From Owenia fusiformis (taxonomy: Eukaryota), in NCBI GenBank assembly GCA_903813345.2, contig CAIIXF020000001.1, forward strand, positions 37,758,001-37,822,000: DNA of 64,000 bases, in the 5' to 3' direction. Position numbers and translations under genes: made by a program. Position 1 is the first letter of the stretch. Each line of letters begins with the position of its first letter. The notes below the pieces were generated by a model. The model saw only the letters and a list, made by a program, of their open reading frames with translations. It ran no database searches and was not told the origin of the DNA. Of this stretch, positions 27,693 through 41,300 are shown piece after piece.

Positions 27693-27945
27693 CACTAGCG
27701 GATCCAGGGGAGGGATGCCCCCCCCCGTAGGTGGGCCCAGAAAAATGTTTGGGCCCTAAAAAATGTTTAGGTCCAAATATTTTGTAGGGCCTCAATTGGT
27801 GGGCCTTATTGGGTATTACTTGGCCTTTTTAGACCATTTAGGCCTAATTATCGAGAAAGGGGCCCACAATTCACGCAAGCATAATCTTTTTGATAAAGTT
27901 TAAATTTGCCCCCCACCCCCCTGTTAGCTTCTGGATCCGCCAGTG
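27693..27945. mobile_element. GC-rich MITE with short TIRs
   Basis: TA|cactagcggatccag ... ctggatccgccagtg|TA. Confidence 0.8.
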
Positions 27946-28466
27946 TAATATGCATAGATAGCTGCAGAATATGCATAGGCAGCTACTTGACATAATCATA
28001 TATGTACTTAAATGGTGTGCAACCATCTTGATTTATTTTATCTTTAGTTTACATAAAAAAGAAAAGTAGCCAGCCGAGAATACAATGCTACATACATCTG
28101 GGTCGGATGGATCCATTTCACTGTTTTTTGGTGATTCAATATAACGCCATACATTGAGGCCTTGAATGATGTAAACTTGCTATAAACAATTAGCTATAGG
28201 TTATAGAATAATTGTTAGTTCTATCTGCTCATTATATGGATGTATATATTGCTAAAGCTATCATAAGGTGGCCTATTCCTGATGTATATAATGGTAATCT
28301 ATATTTTGTTAAGTTTCTCACGTTGTTTACTAAGCAAGTTAATGTAACATTAAGAATATATATAGTTGCACGTTATTTAAAATATTTATTCATATCATGT
28401 AAAAATGTACATATGTTCTTAAATCCCTTTCATCACCAAGCGATATATAACTAATTAATTATAGTT

Positions 28467-28917
28467 TAGACTGTATTTTTGTATGCCCGCGGTGCTAGTG
28501 AATTGCGAAATATTTTCCTGCGTTTTCTCCCCAGGTATCACTAAAGAAAACAAAGAGCCCTGCAGTGCAAATTGCATGCTCAAGTGTTATCAATACAAAT
28601 AGTTCATCCAAGCGCATTTACACTCGCATTTCATAATTATTATGAAAGACGTCATGGTTTATTGCGATCGACCTCCTGTGGTGCACTAGCAACTAGACGA
28701 CCCTGTTGACACATGCGGTTCGCCGATAAGATTCACCCAACGTAATAAGCGGCGTAAGTGTGCTTGAATAGGCAATTTTTGTTGAAAACGTGTGAGCATG
28801 TAATTTGCAACGCAGGGGGTCATTGTTCTTTTCTTGATACCTACTGTACGTATTGGGAAAACTCGTTAAATATTATGCAATACACTTGCGCCGCGGGCAG
28901 TTCAAAAACGCAGTCTT
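28467..28917. mobile_element. Palindromic MITE-like element
   Basis: agactgtatttttgtatgcccgcggtgctagtgaattgc is an imperfect inverted repeat of gcaatacacttgcgccgcgggcagttcaaaaacgcagtct, and inner symmetry continues. Confidence 0.7.
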
Positions 28918-29615
28918 AAAGTTTCTACAGCAAACTATTCAAAAATTCAATACAATTTCTATGTACTACTTCTACTTTATCATTTGAGTAAAAACAGAAA
29001 ATGGAACGACAAATTGTATTATTATATCCGGTTGGTAAAAAACCAATAAAATATGCATTATATGATTTGTCTTTGAGACAGAAATGAATAAAAAATGTTT
29101 TCACATAAATATGCAAAAGTTATATTTAATTTGTTTTGTATGTGGATGTTCGCATTACAAGTTTCAGCCTATGATCAGAGGTTCAATGCCTGAAACAACA
29201 CAAATGAGATTTAGCGATATCGGGTTACGTGCACTCACTAATGTTTGTATAATGTTTGGATATATAATTGTTTTTATATATCCGTCGCCTTTCATATTGA
29301 ACACCTTGATAACTTACTGATTTTAGAATTTCATTTGATAAAGCGGTTGTGGGAGAGGTCATATTAAGTATCAGACAAATAATTAGAGTGTCCCATCATA
29401 GTTCATACTTATCTATAATGACCCTGGTTTTGACTTTTCATACATGTAAGTACTAAGGCTGTCATTCACACACGACAAAACACAAATAAAACATTTGTTA
29501 AAAGTGTATTGTTACCTGCAAATTAATTCTTGAAATAACCGATAAGAATGTCTTTGAGGGGTCACAAAGTACATCGCATCACATTCAGTTTCTCGTAGGA
29601 TTCTCAACAAGGACC

Positions 29616-32600
29616 ATGATTTTCAATACATTAATTATATTTACCTTAATGATTTATTTTCAAGGTAAGCAACATTTTGTTTTAACATCGATAGCCAGTG
29701 GTTGATAATGGTTAATTATAATCTGATATTGAATCAACTATTTTATGTTACATTTTACATTCCTTGGCAAGGAAGACAAGTACTTATTGAAAAATTGCGT
29801 GGCAGTAAAATGTCAAAATCTGTATCTATGGGCATTATCCTTTATTCATTATTGTTAATTAAAGTTGGTCACTTAAATAATAGACTGTTTGATTACATTG
29901 AATCTTCAGTTCAAAATTGAAACATATACTCATTTTTGAAGGTCAAAGGTCATCTAGAAAACGAAAGATTACGTCTTTAAAATCCATTTTATAGAAAACT
30001 TACTCATTTCAGCATTTTTCAAATTAAAAATCCTAGACCTTTTTGTGAAAGCATTATTTAGTCAAATTCATATTGTTATATTAGTTATATCCTTATTCCT
30101 GAAATGTCCCGCTTTCTAATGGTATATGAAACCATGGAAAAGCAGCGCCATTCTTTTGACTCCCGATTTCTCAACTGATAAGTGCTTTGGTGCGTTCAAT
30201 GTAGATCACCCGAAAATGTATAAATATATTTTAGAGTCATCATGTCAAAACTGCCATTTCAAAACTGATCCATCGACGGATAAAGGTCACTACGAATCGC
30301 CTGGCTTTCCTAACAATTATGCTAAAGGTGGCGTTTGCTCCTGGAAAATCAGCGCGCCATCTGGTGCTGGTCAAGACAACAAGAGGATCAAGATTACAAT
30401 AAATAAGTTAGACATCAAAAAAGGAGATGAGGTGATAATATGGGATGGCCCATCCTGCGATGACGATGACATACTCCCGTCTATTTCACTGAAGGAATAT
30501 TCAAAAAGTATTCCTGGGACAGACATTGTATTTAGCATGGAGTTTGATGTTTGTGTGGAGTTAAAACGACCCTCCTCTTCTGACCGAGCGGCAGGAATAT
30601 CATTTGATTGGGAGAGTATGTTCTTAAATATAGATACTACCCGTTTGAAATCGTGATTCCAACGACCTTTTCAAATTCTATTTCAATGTCGAGTATCAAT
30701 ATTTTGACTTTTCATCTATTGTTCTATTGTATTTCATCTATTGTATTGTTGATTAACTAATGCGAAAATCAAAATAGTTCATCTTGTTAATTTATAGCAA
30801 TTCCTGGTTGTGGAGGTACTGTCTCAAAAACCACAGATATCTTGACTCCAAGATATCCTACATTTCCGTATGTACCAGAGCTCGAACCTTGTGATTGGTC
30901 ATTCAAAATGGGAACAGGACAGAAAATGCTGTTCGAATTTCAAGAATTTAAGCTGAGGGGGCCTAGTTTATTCATTGATTGTGACATTGATTGGATGATT
31001 TTGAAAGGAATAGATGGATTCCAAAATAATCAAAAGTTATGTGGAGAAAGGAAAAATCTTGGGCCGTATAAAAGCACAGGCAATACAGCAGAGATGATTT
31101 TCAGAAGTCAATTAGATCTTATTGACCTTATTCCCAAAAAAGGATTTTGGATACGTGTTACAAGTAAGATACATTTCTTTTGAATGGAATTTCCTCAAAA
31201 TTATAATACATATTACAATGTTTTTGTAATCACCTATTGTAGTATCAAAATACTACAATAGTCTCAAGGTCAAAAAAAGTTTAAAATGTGGTAACGTACA
31301 TCTACTAGTTTATGACTGTTCCACACATGGATGACAGATAGTTTCCAATAGCTCATCATGTTTACTGAGAACGAAAGATGTTTGTCCACCATTTTGAATG
31401 ATACTAACTGGAGTGAGGGCCATCAAGCTATGAAACAGGGGTTTATGAAGATCTATCACGGGAAGTCTGGCCATCTTGATGCAACAACACGGTGATGTTG
31501 CATCACGATACTGCCCGGTGATATTGTTATGGTCTCCATTTTTGTGACGGCGATTAGCGATCAGCAGGTGGCGGTTGGTGGTTGGCGATCGGCGTCTGTA
31601 ACAAATTCTTACAACTTCCAATAACTTAAAAAATACTGTTTAGACTGACTTCAATTTTTTCAAAACCAACTTAAAGTTTTCTACAGTTCAAATCTGATGT
31701 TAGATTTAAGATTTGACCTTCAATGACCGTCTCAAGGTCAAAAAAAGTTTAAAATGTCATAAAGGTATTACAACTTGCTTCAAATTGATCCAAATCTTTT
31801 TTCAAAATCATCTACAAATTTTCGGAAGTTCAAATCTGACTTTAGATTTGAGATTTCACCTTCAAAAAGAGTCAAAATGATATTTTCAAACTTGCTTCAA
31901 ATTGACAAATTTTTTCCCAAAATCATCTACACGATCTCAAAAGTTCAAATCTGACTATAGATTTGAGATTTGACCTTCAATTATTAAGGTCAAAAAGATT
32001 TGACCTTCAATGACCTTCTCAAGATTAAAAAATGTCAAAAATGTATTTTCTGAACTTGCTTCAAATTGTCCAATTTTTTTTCAAAATCATCTACAAGTTC
32101 TCAAAAGTTCAGATCTGACTCTAGAATTGAGATTTGACCTTTAAAAGGATTCATAATATATCGAGCAACTAGGTGGTGACATTTTGTCATGTTAATGCCT
32201 TGTTAAATCATTGTTTCAGGTTCAAGCTACTCACTTACTTACTATTCCTGGTATGACACTGTGTCTAGTCGAAACCCGTTGATTCAGTCCTGCACATGTT
32301 ATGTACATGTTTTAATGTGTTGTTCATTTGCTTTCTAATCATATTGTTATAGACTGGTGTTGTTCATTTGCTTTCTAATCATATTGCTATAGACTGATGT
32401 TGTTCATTTGCTTTCTTATCATATTGCTATAGACTGGTGTTGTTCATTTGCTTTCTAATTATACTCTGTCAGACTGGTGTTGTTCATTTGCTTTCTAATT
32501 ATATTCTGTCAGACTGGTGTTGTTCATTTGCTTCCTAATCATATTGTGTTAGACTGGTGTTGTTCATTTGCTTTCTAATCATATTGTTATAGACTGGTGT

Positions 32601-35600
32601 TGTTCATTTGCTTTCTAATCATATTGTGTCAGACTGATGTTGTTCATTTGCTTTCTAATCATATTGTTATAGACTGGTGTTGTTCATTTGCATTCTAATC
32701 ATCCTATCGGACTGATGTTGTTCATTTGCTTTCTAATCATATTGTTATAGACTGACGTTGTTCATTTACTTTCTAATTGTATTGTGTTAGAATTATGTTC
32801 TTCATTTGCTTTCTAATCATATTGTTATAGACTGATGTTGTTCATTTGCTTTCTAATTATACTCTGTCAGACTGGTGTTGTTCATTTGCTTCCTAATTAT
32901 ATTCTGTCAGACTCGTGTTGTTCATTTGCTTTCTAATCATATTGTGTTAGACTGGTGTTGTTCATTTGCTTTCTAATCATATTGTTATAGACTGATGTTG
33001 TTCATTTGCCTTCTAATCATTCTGTCAGATTGATGTAATTCATTTGCTTCCTAATCATTCTGTCAGACTGATGTTGCTAATTTTGTTTCCAATCATATTG
33101 TTATAGACTGGTGTTGTTCATTTGCTTTATAATCATATTGTGTTAGACGGGTGTTGTTCATTTGCATTTTAATCATTCTGTTAGACTGGTGTTGTTCATT
33201 TGCTTTCTTATCATATTGTGTTAGACTGGTGTTGTTCAATTGCTTTCTAATCATGTTGTGCTAGACTATGTTGTTGATTTGCTTTCTAATTATATTGTGT
33301 TAGAATTATGTTTTTCATTTGCTTTCTAATCATATTGTGTTAGGTCTAGGTTGTTCGTCAGATGATTTCTACATCCCACACAGTATACATACGAACCCTG
33401 GAACGTTTTATGATACTGGGTACGTGGCTAAGGTGAGATGTAAAGAGGGGTACCAGTTTAACGATGATTACGATGAGACAACCTTAGAATGCCAAGCAGA
33501 TCAAAAATGGAAGGGGACCATAAGAGTTTGCATGCGTATGACTTTTTATATCTACATTAAGCTTATAAAGACATAAGTAAATATTCTTAGTTACATCGAT
33601 ATTTGAGAAAAGGGAATTGCACATATATCAAGCAATTTTGTAAAACTATATACAGATTTGAACGTAAAACAATAATCCTGAAGACAGTACTTGCTTTTCT
33701 CTTTATATCAGCTAAACAATGTGGTGATGTCCCAAATGTATCAAATGGTAAAGTCAAAGCAACAAGTGGCAATGACGTTGGCTCAGTAGCCACCTATACG
33801 TGCGATATAGGCTACAATTTAGTGGGAGAAGCAACACGAACGTGTCAGCCTGATCAGACTTGGAGTGGCACTACTCCACAGTGTCAAGGAGGTAAACGAT
33901 AAGATACTCTTTGAATTCCCATTTAAAGTCTCTTAGATTGTCATTTTGAAGTTCCCATGTCGGGCGATAGCCCCTTGAAGCTGTTTCTTAGTAGCAATCA
34001 GCAGGTCTATGTGTGCTTGTTGAGTCTCGATGGTGCTTAAAAAGAATTAAAGAAAATATTAATATAATTTGTCGAGTCTCGACGGTGCTTAAAAAGAATA
34101 AAAGAAAATATAATTTGTTGAGTCTCGACGGTGCTTAAAAAGAATAAAAGAAAATATTAAAATAATTTGTTGAGTCTCGACGGTGCTTAAAAAGAATAAA
34201 AGAAAATATGAATATAATTTAATCGCAGAAGAATCAAGAATCAAATGAATTGTTGCTTTTCCTTTCACCCAATTTGTATATCATGGGCTATTAAAGGATT
34301 GCATTGCCTTATTGAAGCTGATGTGTTTGGTGGAAACCATTTGTTGTTTTTCCTTTTACCAACGAGAAGCACAAAACCTCAAATTGGATTCGAACACCCT
34401 GATAATCTGCGCATTATAAGGGACAGTTTCGATTCCTATGAACTACAACACTGAGATACTGCTTATTGCCAAGCATACTTTTTAATAGGGGGTAAGACGG
34501 CGTGTGGCAATCCCGGAGCACCTGCTAATGGCGCTATTATTGGCAATAACTTTAACTTTGGACAGACGGTCAAATTTGTCTGTAATATTGGGTACGAGTT
34601 GGCTGGACAGGACAGTCTGACGTGTCAACAGGATGGCACCTGGAATGGGGACAGGCCTACCTGCACGCGTGAGTCGTATTGTACCCAAATACATCTGAAT
34701 GTAAAATTACAAATAAAGTGGTTATGAACTGATAAGCTACTTGAAATATCCAATGATCCGTTTAGAGCTCTTTGAGTAACAGTTTCTATTGTAAGTATAT
34801 CTTTGCCATTTGTATAATCCATTGTTTGGTTTTAGTGGTTCAATGTGATATCCAGGAAGTGTCAACTCCTCCATTAAACGGAAACGTCAGAGTAGATGGC
34901 TCAAAATTCGGTGATGTCGCCATCTATACATGTAATCCTGGTTATATATTGGTTGGAGATAATCGGATTTGCGACTCAGATGGCACATGGACAGGATCGA
35001 CACCCCAATGCATTTCTGAAAGTGAGTCTAAATATGTATTTAATTATTTTGGTCTATACAAAATTATCATTTCAGTAATTAAAAACGGCATAATATTTTC
35101 TGAAAATACGAATCGTTTTGACAACCATGACCTGAAAAACAACAAAAACAAATGTATGTTAATAACTCTTTCTTTTATAATGGGCCTAGAGGTTTAATTT
35201 TGCCAAATATGACTTTAAACACATGATTGACTGAGTTATTAACATTTGTTTTGGTTACCTTTATTGGCTCACCCTGTATGTATATTTTGTTGTGTCAGTT
35301 ATGAAATGAATGAGGGCATCGTTGACTGAAGGTGTTGTAGAAGATATGAATATCGCATTTATTTGTTCTTAGTCATTGGCACTGAATGTCCTATACCAAC
35401 CACGAGGGCCTACTCCAGTGTGACTTACAATGGCCTGGTAATTGGAAGTATAGCGACCTACACATGTTTCTATGGTTATACTTTGGATGGTCTAGAGCAG
35501 AGAACTTGTTTACCCTCTGGAGAATGGTCAGGCTTGGCACCATTTTGTTCACGTGAGTTGTGCCATTTTGCATGTAATGATTCCCAGAATTTTATAGCAA

Positions 35601-36888
35601 TCTGATTCGTCTTTGCCGCGGGATTTCTGCGACCTCGATCTAAAAAGGAATATCTTCACGATTGAGCCCAGCGAAAGAGTTAACATCACATATGAAGTTT
35701 TTACTTTTTTCCCATTTTTGCCAAAAAAGTCATAGTGATACAAATACTTCATCTTAAAATTCACCCCTTCAATACACGTCAGCATTGCATCCAGAAGTCG
35801 ACTTCGGTCAAGTTTTTGATCGTCTGTTCATGCTTTACGATTAAAAAGATCATAAAATTGTCAGTTATTTCTTAATTACTGCCATAATATAAAGGAACAT
35901 AATAGAGTGCAATTAAAACAGCTTGAACACGGCATCAAATTAAGACTCTCGGAAGCAAAACTTATGAAAGGGAGTGTAAATAGCCAGCTACCAGCTGAAC
36001 TTGTCCAGTATTCCAATATTACTGCACAATGATTTTGGACATGTTGCATAAGAAGACTCGTGTTTTACATATCCAACCCCTTAAAGGGATACGAGCCCCT
36101 TAGAATAATCATATCTCCATTTTTAGTAATATCACTTTGGGCATGTTGCACAAGAAGACTCGTGCATACATATCCGACATTTTCATTATTATCATTATTA
36201 GATTGTCAAGTAAGATTAGTTTTTATTTGTTATTGGTCTTATGAAACAACACTGTGTGCCTCTCATTTCAATTGTGTGAAAGTTATATACTTAATTAATT
36301 TTAAATCGCAACATTAGAGAGGCCAATAATTGTATGTATCATCTGCTCTACTGATTTTGACGTATGTGTTACGATTTTAGGAAATGAAACTGCAACAAGG
36401 CCACCACCAAGGACTGGGGGCCAAACTGATGTTCAAAAAGGTACGGCTTAACTTAGAACACGCGGTACAACAATACATATTACGAAGGGATACAGACTGT
36501 TCAATATATTAAGGGGGTTGAAATTTTTACCAAGAATTTCTCCAAAATAACTAAAATATAAATGCTTAAAATTGCCGTTTATTTTCTATTAATATGCTTC
36601 AGCTAAAACAGTTGGCATAGTCGTCGGCGTTGTCATCCCAGTCGTTGTGCTTGTTTCTTTGACAGCTGGATTCCTGATATACAAGAGGAGGTGAGAGATA
36701 TTACATGCCAAAGGTTCTATCTAGATCTCTGTTGAATTTCTTCAAATTACTATCAACAAGAATTTTTACGTATTTTGGGGTTATTTGTGTGAATGATCTG
36801 AATATTCTGTATTGTTTTCAGAAATAGTATACCTCCAAATCAACATGGAGTGGAAAACCCTACATATGACTCTCAACCGAAAACTTAA
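29616..36888 (+). CDS. Type I membrane protein: signal peptide, 2 CUB, 5 CCP/sushi, stalk, TM, short NPxY tail (642 aa)
   Basis: Exons 29616-29664 (MIFNTLIIFTLMIYFQ), 30235-30615, 30798-31163, 33344-33535, 33712-33891, 34489-34668, 34836-35021, 35373-35552, 36381-36440, 36603-36690 (VGIVVGVVIPVVVLVSLTAGFLIYKRR), 36822-36888 (GVENPTYDSQPKT*). All introns are GT-AG and the exons total 1929 nt in frame. CUB ESPGFPNNY..CSWKI motif and 4-Cys sushi motifs with W are present. Confidence 0.9.
31250..32204 (-). mobile_element. Helentron-like (HINE-type) repeat with internal ttgaccttca..aaggtcaa subrepeats
   Basis: 32170-32204 is the reverse complement of 63336-63370 (aacaaggcattaacatgacaaaatgtcaccacctagtt). 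31520-31660 is an inverted match to 4460-4610. Confidence 0.7.
32315..33343 (+). repeat. Intronic 40-bp minisatellite (~26 units) ending at the splice acceptor of the first sushi exon
   Basis: Unit actggtgttgttcatttgctttctaatcatattgttatag with period 40 (for example 32353 and 32393). Confidence 0.95.
34017..34220 (+). repeat. ~50-bp tandem repeat, 4 copies
   Basis: ttgttgagtctcgacggtgcttaaaaagaataaaagaaaatat repeated. Confidence 0.9.
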
Positions 36889-38304
36889 GCTAAACTACAA
36901 TCACACACACTGTCGCAGATAAACAATATGGACGACTATATGTATTAGGCGTATATACATTACTAAATCGATAAACTACCCTGTCACCCATGCCTTTATC
37001 CACGCTTGTTCAATTGAGTTCGCTTGTTCAGTGATGTCAGAGTCTTGTTACCTTTCTGAATGTTTTACATGGGGTAATTTCACAAAATAAATACAATAAG
37101 AACACATGATTTGCCTTCGTTAACGAAATAAGAGAGACTTTCAAAATGTCATAGTAATACTACATACTATTAGTTAAGGATTACTTTGCCTTATAAATGA
37201 TGAGTATGTGGCTGTAATACAGGTTTGGAATAAGATATCACCACCCTTGAATCTCCCCTTCCTTCTATATGGGTTCTCATTATTCGTGTTTGTCGATTCC
37301 CCTTATGTTATTGAGGTAAACATCGTAACATAGCATACTACGAAACTGAATATGACATATACAACTGTGGAATATGATAATGAGAACGCGTTACAGAAGT
37401 ACGCATTCGAGTCGAATATGTCATACTCTACGTAATATGCCATATGCCGCATGTGAGTATCGCATATTCCGCAGCTAGGTGAGTGGCTTGTGTAACTGTA
37501 TCGCAAATACCACACGACCATACATATATGGCATATTCCAGTTTTTATTGAACTGCGTAACAACTTATAAGTGTTTCACAAGGCTCCTCTTGGGTCATAT
37601 AACCTAATACGGTCGAGGCGTGTATAGTGGATACTGCCCATCTTACTGATCGAGCTGTGAATAAATATTTTACACGTACAGCATGTTCAAACACTGTAAT
37701 TCATAACATCCCAATCTGCATTTGAGCAAGAGGAGGGGTTACTAAAGTGAACGGACAACAATGATGATGAAAAACTTGTTTGAAGTTTGCAGTTGGATTA
37801 CTTAAATCTCCAATCACTACTTCTAAATAAAATATAAACGTTACACGTTTAGTGCCTTTAAATTCTTCAAGGTATGGTTGTATTCAATATCTCCATTGTA
37901 TTTTCTAAAGAAAGTTGAATTCGAATGATTAGACATTCATTGACAAATTATTTTCATGGTCTAATCGAATGTTTTTTGGATGAACCCTTCTCATTAAAAA
38001 CTGAATAATTGATACTTGATGAATAAAATAGTAAGACACTTAAATGTCACACCTTGTTTGGGGACATAAAATAATGTGTTGTCAAATGACTTAAATGAAT
38101 CAAGATACAAGATGGGTTAAACTTCAAACGGTATTTAATTAGGAATTAACATATCAAATGATCGTGAGCTTCTGAGGAAACATTCACAAATTGATTCATT
38201 CAAATATTTACCCTTAAAATAGAAAATTCAATCTTTAAGTTTCCACATATATCACTTGGAACGGAGAAGATAGGGACTGTACAAAGATCAAACAATTAGA
38301 CAAA

Positions 38305-41300
38305 ATGCAATACAAAATGTCGAGAATTCTTAGCAGTATAGTACTCAGCCTTGCAATTTTACAGAAAGTACTTTCACAAACCTTAGGTAAAGTATTTTTC
38401 TTTTTCAAATGTTTACAAATTGTATATTTTACATGAACATTATAAAGACATAACGAAAGTATACTTTCAATATATGTATACAGTAATATTAGCAACATAG
38501 TAGTAATTAATACTTTATAACGCATTTAATATGCCTCTTTCACAACAATAATTTATTTTAGAATGTAGAGGTGGTGAGTCAGACATTGTGTTTGTCATCG
38601 ATTCATCTGGAAGTGTCGGTGATGCAAATTTTGACCAAGTAAGAAACTTTGTCAAATCAGTGGTGTCCAACTTGGATCTAGGACCAGATGCAATGCAAAT
38701 AGGAGCATTGACATTCCATTATGGCTATACAGTACAGTTTCATTTGAACGATTACTCCTCAAAACAGACCATCTATAGCGCTATTGATCAAATACCTAAC
38801 CCTGACCCAGGCTGGACGACTGCCACCAGGGAAGGAATTGAAGCACTCACGTCAACGATGTATACAGGTAATAAATGATTATAAGATCAAATATTGATAT
38901 TGCTATATAAAAAACGTCAGGGCCCCCAATGTGAGGTCTTTGAAGTTAAAATTCAACCTTGTTCTACTCTATAAGATTATGAGCATTTCGTTTACAAAAA
39001 TGTTGATTTAAGAGTTGCATTGAATTTCTGTTTTCGTTTAGTACAAAATGGTGACCGTCCTGGAGCGCCTAACATTGCTATTGTCATAACTGATGGTAAA
39101 TCCAAGACTGGCGATCCAGTAGAAATGGCGACTATGGCTAAAGCAAGGGGAATAGAATTATTCGTCATCGGAATTAATACTACGGAGATAAACATCGAAG
39201 AAGTACCAATAGTTTTATATTCAGTTTTTTTTCACGTGCAAGATCAAAGAAGGGAAAAGTTGATAGAAACAATTTTGATTTATATGTTTTTGGATAGTCC
39301 GCCTAGTGTAATGTAAACTATATATAGTTATGTATAGTGTTCATAGATGTGAAAACAAACGAGTTCTACATACAATATTTCCGTATTACCATATTCTGAT
39401 TTTTGTGATTTTAGATGCGTGCAATTGCAAGTGAACCGGTTGATGATTATGTATATCTTGTAAATGATTTCGAGGCCTTGACAGATATTACTGATGCGGT
39501 CACCAACAAAACATGCATAGATGTCCCTGGTATGCCAACGCATTTGTATTCTGGACGCATTGATTTTAAATTGGCGACAATGACGACACCACAACTCTTA
39601 TAATCAACTGAAGATTCCTTTTAACATATGGCGATTGACCCCTTGTCGCATTGTTGGCCTAATATAATATTCACTGAATTGTACTTTTAGTTTGTGTTGG
39701 CAACAAAGCAGATGTTGTATTTCTACTTGATAGAGGAGATGGGATCGGCGAAGAGAACTTTGTTAAGATGAAACAATTCATTGAAGACATCGTTCGATCT
39801 CTGGAAATAGGCACAAATGCTAATCGAGTAGGAGTATTGACATTTGCAAGTGACACAAATGTTGAATTTTACATGAACACTTATGTCACCAAAAACGAAA
39901 TTCTAAATGATATTAGAAATATAAGATACACTGGGGGTGCCACTGCTATCCCAGAGGCCCTGACTGCGCTAACACAGGATATGTTTGGTCCTGGCCGCGG
40001 GGGTAGAGCGTCAGCGAGGAAGTTCGGTGTGCTTATTACAGACGGACGATCAAGCACAGGGGATGTCACGGGGCCAGCGGATGCTGCAAAATCATCTGCA
40101 ATTCAACTGTTCGCTGTTGGCATATTTGGTAGCAACAACATTGATTTTGATCAAATAAAAACGATTGCGAGTGATCCAGATTCTGCATTTGCTTTTTCTG
40201 TTGATGACTTCAACTTTCCAGAGGAAGTAATTGAGTCCATTTCGACTGGAACCTGTAATCAAATTGTCGGTGAGTGACAATATTCTACAATGCTAGAAAA
40301 TAAGTTGTACACAATTTTAGTTTTTCATATTTTTGTAAGAAGCAAATTTGAATGATAAACCACAAATTCATATTTTTGTCCTTTACAGACTGCACAACAG
40401 GAAAACTAGACATCGTATTTATACTCGATTCTTCGGGCAGTATGACATCTGGAAACTTTTTACAGATGCTCGTCTTTGTTGAAGACATTGTCAACGATAT
40501 CGATCTTGGCAATGTTCAAATAGGCGTCATCACATTCTCGACAGAGGCTCGTATATCCGTTCCCTTAAACAAAGCTAAAAGTAAAGCAGAGCTCCAGAGT
40601 TACATTATAGGTATCAAATATGACGGTGGTTCGACGCTGACTTACGATGCTCTAAAGATGGCGCGAGAGGTTATGTTCACACCAGAGTATGGAGACCGAG
40701 ATGACGCGTCTGATTTGATTATCTTGATAACAGATGGCGCTGCAAAGGACAAAGATCCTCTTCCAGAGGCCCAATCTCTAAAATCGAATGGGGTTGTAAT
40801 GTTTGTTGTCTATATTAAAACAGATGAATTGACCATTAACGAGATAAATGCTATTGCGAGCAGACCTACTGAGAAGTACGCTATTGTCGTTGACAGTTTT
40901 GATGAACTTTATACAGCTACCAATGACCTTATAGTTGGAGCATGTGGTATTGCCCGTAAGTAAATAGTTCAATGAAGTTTTTTTCTTGTTATCTAAACTG
41001 AACTTTAATTATTTTTCATTGTTATCAATTTATCTGGTTATGCGTATATCTATTATACCTTGTCAAATGTATGAGGATTCCTTTTATCGTTTATTTTATG
41101 AAAGGTCCAACAGTAAAACCCTTGACAACCCCGATATTAACAACCCAAAAGACAACTACAATACAACGAACGAATCCATCCCCAACATCAACCCGAGCAA
41201 CGCAAGCACCAACTATGGATACAACGGGACAAGTAATCACCACCCCTCGTATCATAGAAACAGGTATCGATGCAACTAACTAAAATATATCATTAGTTTT

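Noticed and set aside
32315..34220. 40-bp and 50-bp arrays as possible CRISPR arrays
   Set aside because: Head-to-tail units with no unique spacers, inside eukaryotic introns, and no cas genes.
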